Origin: Candidatus Omnitrophota bacterium
Lineage (GTDB): Bacteria > Omnitrophota > Gorgyraeia > Zapsychrales > Zapsychraceae
Assembly (NCBI GenBank): GCA_029261065.1
Contig: JAJDCB010000026.1
Span: 82,715-146,714 of the forward strand
Direction: 5' to 3'
DNA: 64,000 nucleotides
The notes beneath the pieces were generated by a model. It searched no databases, was not told where the DNA came from, and saw nothing but the letters and a program-made list of their open reading frames with translations. Below are positions 61,560 through 64,000 of the stretch, piece after piece. The translations under genes were made by a program, and so were the position numbers. Each line of letters starts with the position of its first letter. The stretch's first letter is position 1.

Positions 61560-62177
61560 ATGTCAAAGATAAAACTTACAAAAGGCGAGATGAAAAAGCA
61601 GCGGGATCAGCTGAAACAATTTCGCCGTTATTTGCCTACATTACAATTAAAGAAACAACAACTTCAGATGAAAATTCTTGAAGCTCGACGGACTTTGGCT
61701 GAACGTGAATCTGTCATGAATCAAAAGGCAAAAAATATTCAAAATTGGGTTGGTCTTCTAGCTGATCCTAGCATGGATTTACGCGAATGGATTACGCCAA
61801 CAGAGGTGTTAACAGAACCTATCAATGTCGCTGGTGCCAATTTGCCTATGTTTAAAGAAGTTATATTTAAACAAGCTGATTACGATTTATACTCGGCACC
61901 CTTTTGGGTGGATAAAGGAATTCTTGAAATACGTGATTATGTCGCGGCGAAGATTGAAGTTGAAATTGTAAAAAAACAAATAGCCCTTTTAGAAAAAGAA
62001 TTACGAACGACAACGCAGCGTGTGAATTTATTTGAAAAAATTAAAATTCCAGAGTGCATGGATAACATTAGAAAGATTGGTATTTATTTAGGTGATCAGC
62101 AAGCGAATGCGGTGGGGGTAAGTAAGGTAGCGAAGAAGAAGGTGGATGCAAAAAACTTGGAAGAAGTGTTGATATAA
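61560..62177 (+). CDS. V-type ATP synthase subunit D
   Basis: KIKLTK.E, RYLPTLQLKK, ELRTTTQRVNLFEK.KIP. Confidence 0.95.
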   Translation: MSKIKLTKGEMKKQRDQLKQFRRYLPTLQLKKQQLQMKILEARRTLAERESVMNQKAKNIQNWVGLLADPSMDLREWITPTEVLTEPINVAGANLPMFKEVIFKQADYDLYSAPFWVDKGILEIRDYVAAKIEVEIVKKQIALLEKELRTTTQRVNLFEKIKIPECMDNIRKIGIYLGDQQANAVGVSKVAKKKVDAKNLEEVLI

Positions 62178-62309
62178 AGGTACAAGTTACAAGATACAAG
62201 TTACAAAAAATGATCAAACACCAAAATACATAATAATCAAACGTTTTGTTGTTTTGATTATTGTTCCTTGTAATTTATTGTACCTTGTATCTTGTAACTT
62301 GGTTATTTC
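62178..62309. repeat. Heptamer-armed hairpin, TACAAGN family, copy 4
   Basis: caagttacaagatacaagttacaa (62183-62206) vs ttgtaccttgtatcttgtaacttg (62278-62301), one mismatch in 24. Confidence 0.88.
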
Positions 62310-62323
62310 TGCGGAGCAGACAA

Positions 62324-64000
62324 ATGATCGTCAAAATGAAAAAAATCCACATCATCGTCCACCAAAAGGACGTCAACGAAGCTCTTAATGAGATTCGTGA
62401 TGTTGGTGTTATGCATGTCGAACATCAGGATGATTTAAAGAGCCGAGAAATTTTTAATCTAAGAGATGACGTTGATATCTATAGCCGTGTATTAAATGTT
62501 TTGAAATCTCAAAAAAATCCAGGCCATCAAGTAGAGTCTGGGGATTTAGAAGCGCGAGCGAGCCTTATTTTAGAGCGTCTGGGAAGAATAGATGAGCTTA
62601 AAGAAATTATTGCATCTCGAGAAAAACAAATTGAATTTTGGTCACCTTGGGGTGAGTTTGAACCAGAGGATTTTAACAGTTTAAAATCAAACAATATATT
62701 TATGCGCTTGTGTGAAATTCCAAAGAAAAAAGAAGCTTCTTTTCCGGAAGAAATTTTATGTGAAGTCCTGAGTGAAACAAAAAAAATAAAAAGATGTTTG
62801 CTTATCTCTAGAACGCCTATTAGCGTGCCTATCGAAACTTTGCCATTGCCGCAAACAAGTTTAGATAAGATGAAAGCGTTGGTTAAAGAAGAAAAGGAAG
62901 AGTTGTTTATTTTGGAACAGAAGTTAAGGGAAAATGTTCGTTACAGCGAACATGTTCAAAAAGAATTAGACGCGCTTTTTGATCAACTTCACTTTCAAGA
63001 AGCTGTCGCTGGATTAAAAAAAGACGATGATATTTCAGTTTTAAAAGGGTTTGTTCCAGTTGATCAAGCCGATGATCTTGGGCAGAAAGCAAAAGCGAAA
63101 CAGTGGGGACTTCTTCTTGAAGATCCAACGGATGAGGACGAAGTTCCAACATTGTTAAAGAATCCAAAATGGGTTGAATTAACAAAACCTGTTTTAAACA
63201 TGGTAGAAGTTCAGCCAGGTTATAAAGAAGTCGATATTAGTCCTGTGTTTATGATTTTTTTCACATTATTTTTTGGTATGCTTATTGGCGATGCGGCTTA
63301 TGGCACAATTTTCTTTTTAGCTGTTATTCTTTTACATATAAAATTAAAAAATAAGATAGAAAATCCAACACCTTTTTATTTAGGTTATCTTGTCACGGGA
63401 TTTACCATTCTTTGGGGTGTTCTTACAGGAACGTACTTTGGTCAAATTTGGGTTCAACCCCAAGTTCCAGCCCTTGTTCCTTGGCTTAACGATGCTCATA
63501 ATCTGCAATGGCTTTGTTTTACAATTGCTCTCGTCCATCTAAATATTGCACGTTTTTGGGCTGTGTGTGTTAAATTTCCAGATTTGGGTTTTCTCGAGGA
63601 GGTTGGTTGGATGTTGGTCATTGTGGCGATGTATTTTTTGGCCAATATGTTTGTTCTGGGAGAAGCGTTACCAAGTTATTTTATGTGGCTTATTGGAATT
63701 GGCGCATCGATGACATTCATTTTTAGAGTTCCTTTTAAACAATTTGCTAAAAGAATGCCACAAGAATTTATTCCTTGGTTTCTGGGCGTCATTGGTGCTG
63801 GAACGGACATTATGTCATACATAAGACTTTTCGCTGTAGGTCTTGCAACGATTGCTGTTGCTGATGCGGCTAATACATTACCTGAAGCACTTGGTCCTGT
63901 GTTGGGTACATTTTTTCTATTGTTTTTGCACGCTTTAAATATGGTCTTGGCTCTTATGGCGATTTTAGTCCATGACATTAGATTAAATATGTTGGAGTTT
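62324..64000 (+). CDS. V-type ATP synthase subunit I (3'-truncated; absent from the ORF track)
   Basis: Read manually: MIVKMKK, PWGEF, VPTLLKNP, PGYKE.D, FFGMLIGDAAYG, DIMSYIRLFAVGLA, IRLNMLEF at window end. Confidence 0.93.
   Translation, partial: MIVKMKKIHIIVHQKDVNEALNEIRDVGVMHVEHQDDLKSREIFNLRDDVDIYSRVLNVLKSQKNPGHQVESGDLEARASLILERLGRIDELKEIIASREKQIEFWSPWGEFEPEDFNSLKSNNIFMRLCEIPKKKEASFPEEILCEVLSETKKIKRCLLISRTPISVPIETLPLPQTSLDKMKALVKEEKEELFILEQKLRENVRYSEHVQKELDALFDQLHFQEAVAGLKKDDDISVLKGFVPVDQADDLGQKAKAKQWGLLLEDPTDEDEVPTLLKNPKWVELTKPVLNMVEVQPGYKEVDISPVFMIFFTLFFGMLIGDAAYGTIFFLAVILLHIKLKNKIENPTPFYLGYLVTGFTILWGVLTGTYFGQIWVQPQVPALVPWLNDAHNLQWLCFTIALVHLNIARFWAVCVKFPDLGFLEEVGWMLVIVAMYFLANMFVLGEALPSYFMWLIGIGASMTFIFRVPFKQFAKRMPQEFIPWFLGVIGAGTDIMSYIRLFAVGLATIAVADAANTLPEALGPVLGTFFLLFLHALNMVLALMAILVHDIRLNMLEF

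Overview
A 64-kb, AT-rich bacterial chromosomal segment with mostly + strand genes. Gene content (Chlamydia/spirochaete-type V-ATPase, Na+-NQR, type III glutamine synthetase, class III-signal pilin) suggests a PVC-related lineage such as Ca. Omnitrophota; this is inference only. Order: end of nqr operon (nqrE, nqrF, convergent nqrM-like gene); a nitrogen-assimilation cluster (GAF-GAF-ANTAR regulator, amtB-glnK, GSIII, GATase1, nadE, stand-alone NtrC/Fis HTH, gltBD); lnt; glpKD; carA-[four-helix-bundle gene]-carB-purF-pyrG-tRNA-Leu-rpe; a FIST/histidine kinase/REC-GGDEF module; envelope genes; a divergent L27; glmS; rsmI; PyrR-attenuated pyr genes; and a V-ATPase operon cut by the window end. 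Best non-obvious signals: (1) an RNA-level nitrogen regulon, with two tandem ANTAR dual-hexaloop attenuators before amtB, another before GSIII, and a PtsP-like GAF-GAF-ANTAR protein nearby; (2) an Avd/IVP-type four-helix-bundle gene bracketed by inverted arms built of 7-nt repeats, plus at least six gene-less hairpins with the same architecture at operon junctions; (3) polarised synonymous skew (G/T-rich left, C/A-rich right) in coding DNA flanking these palindromes; (4) a DnaA-box/NrdR-box-like cluster after pyrC; (5) several REP/REPIN families. All calls were made by eye; no searches were run.
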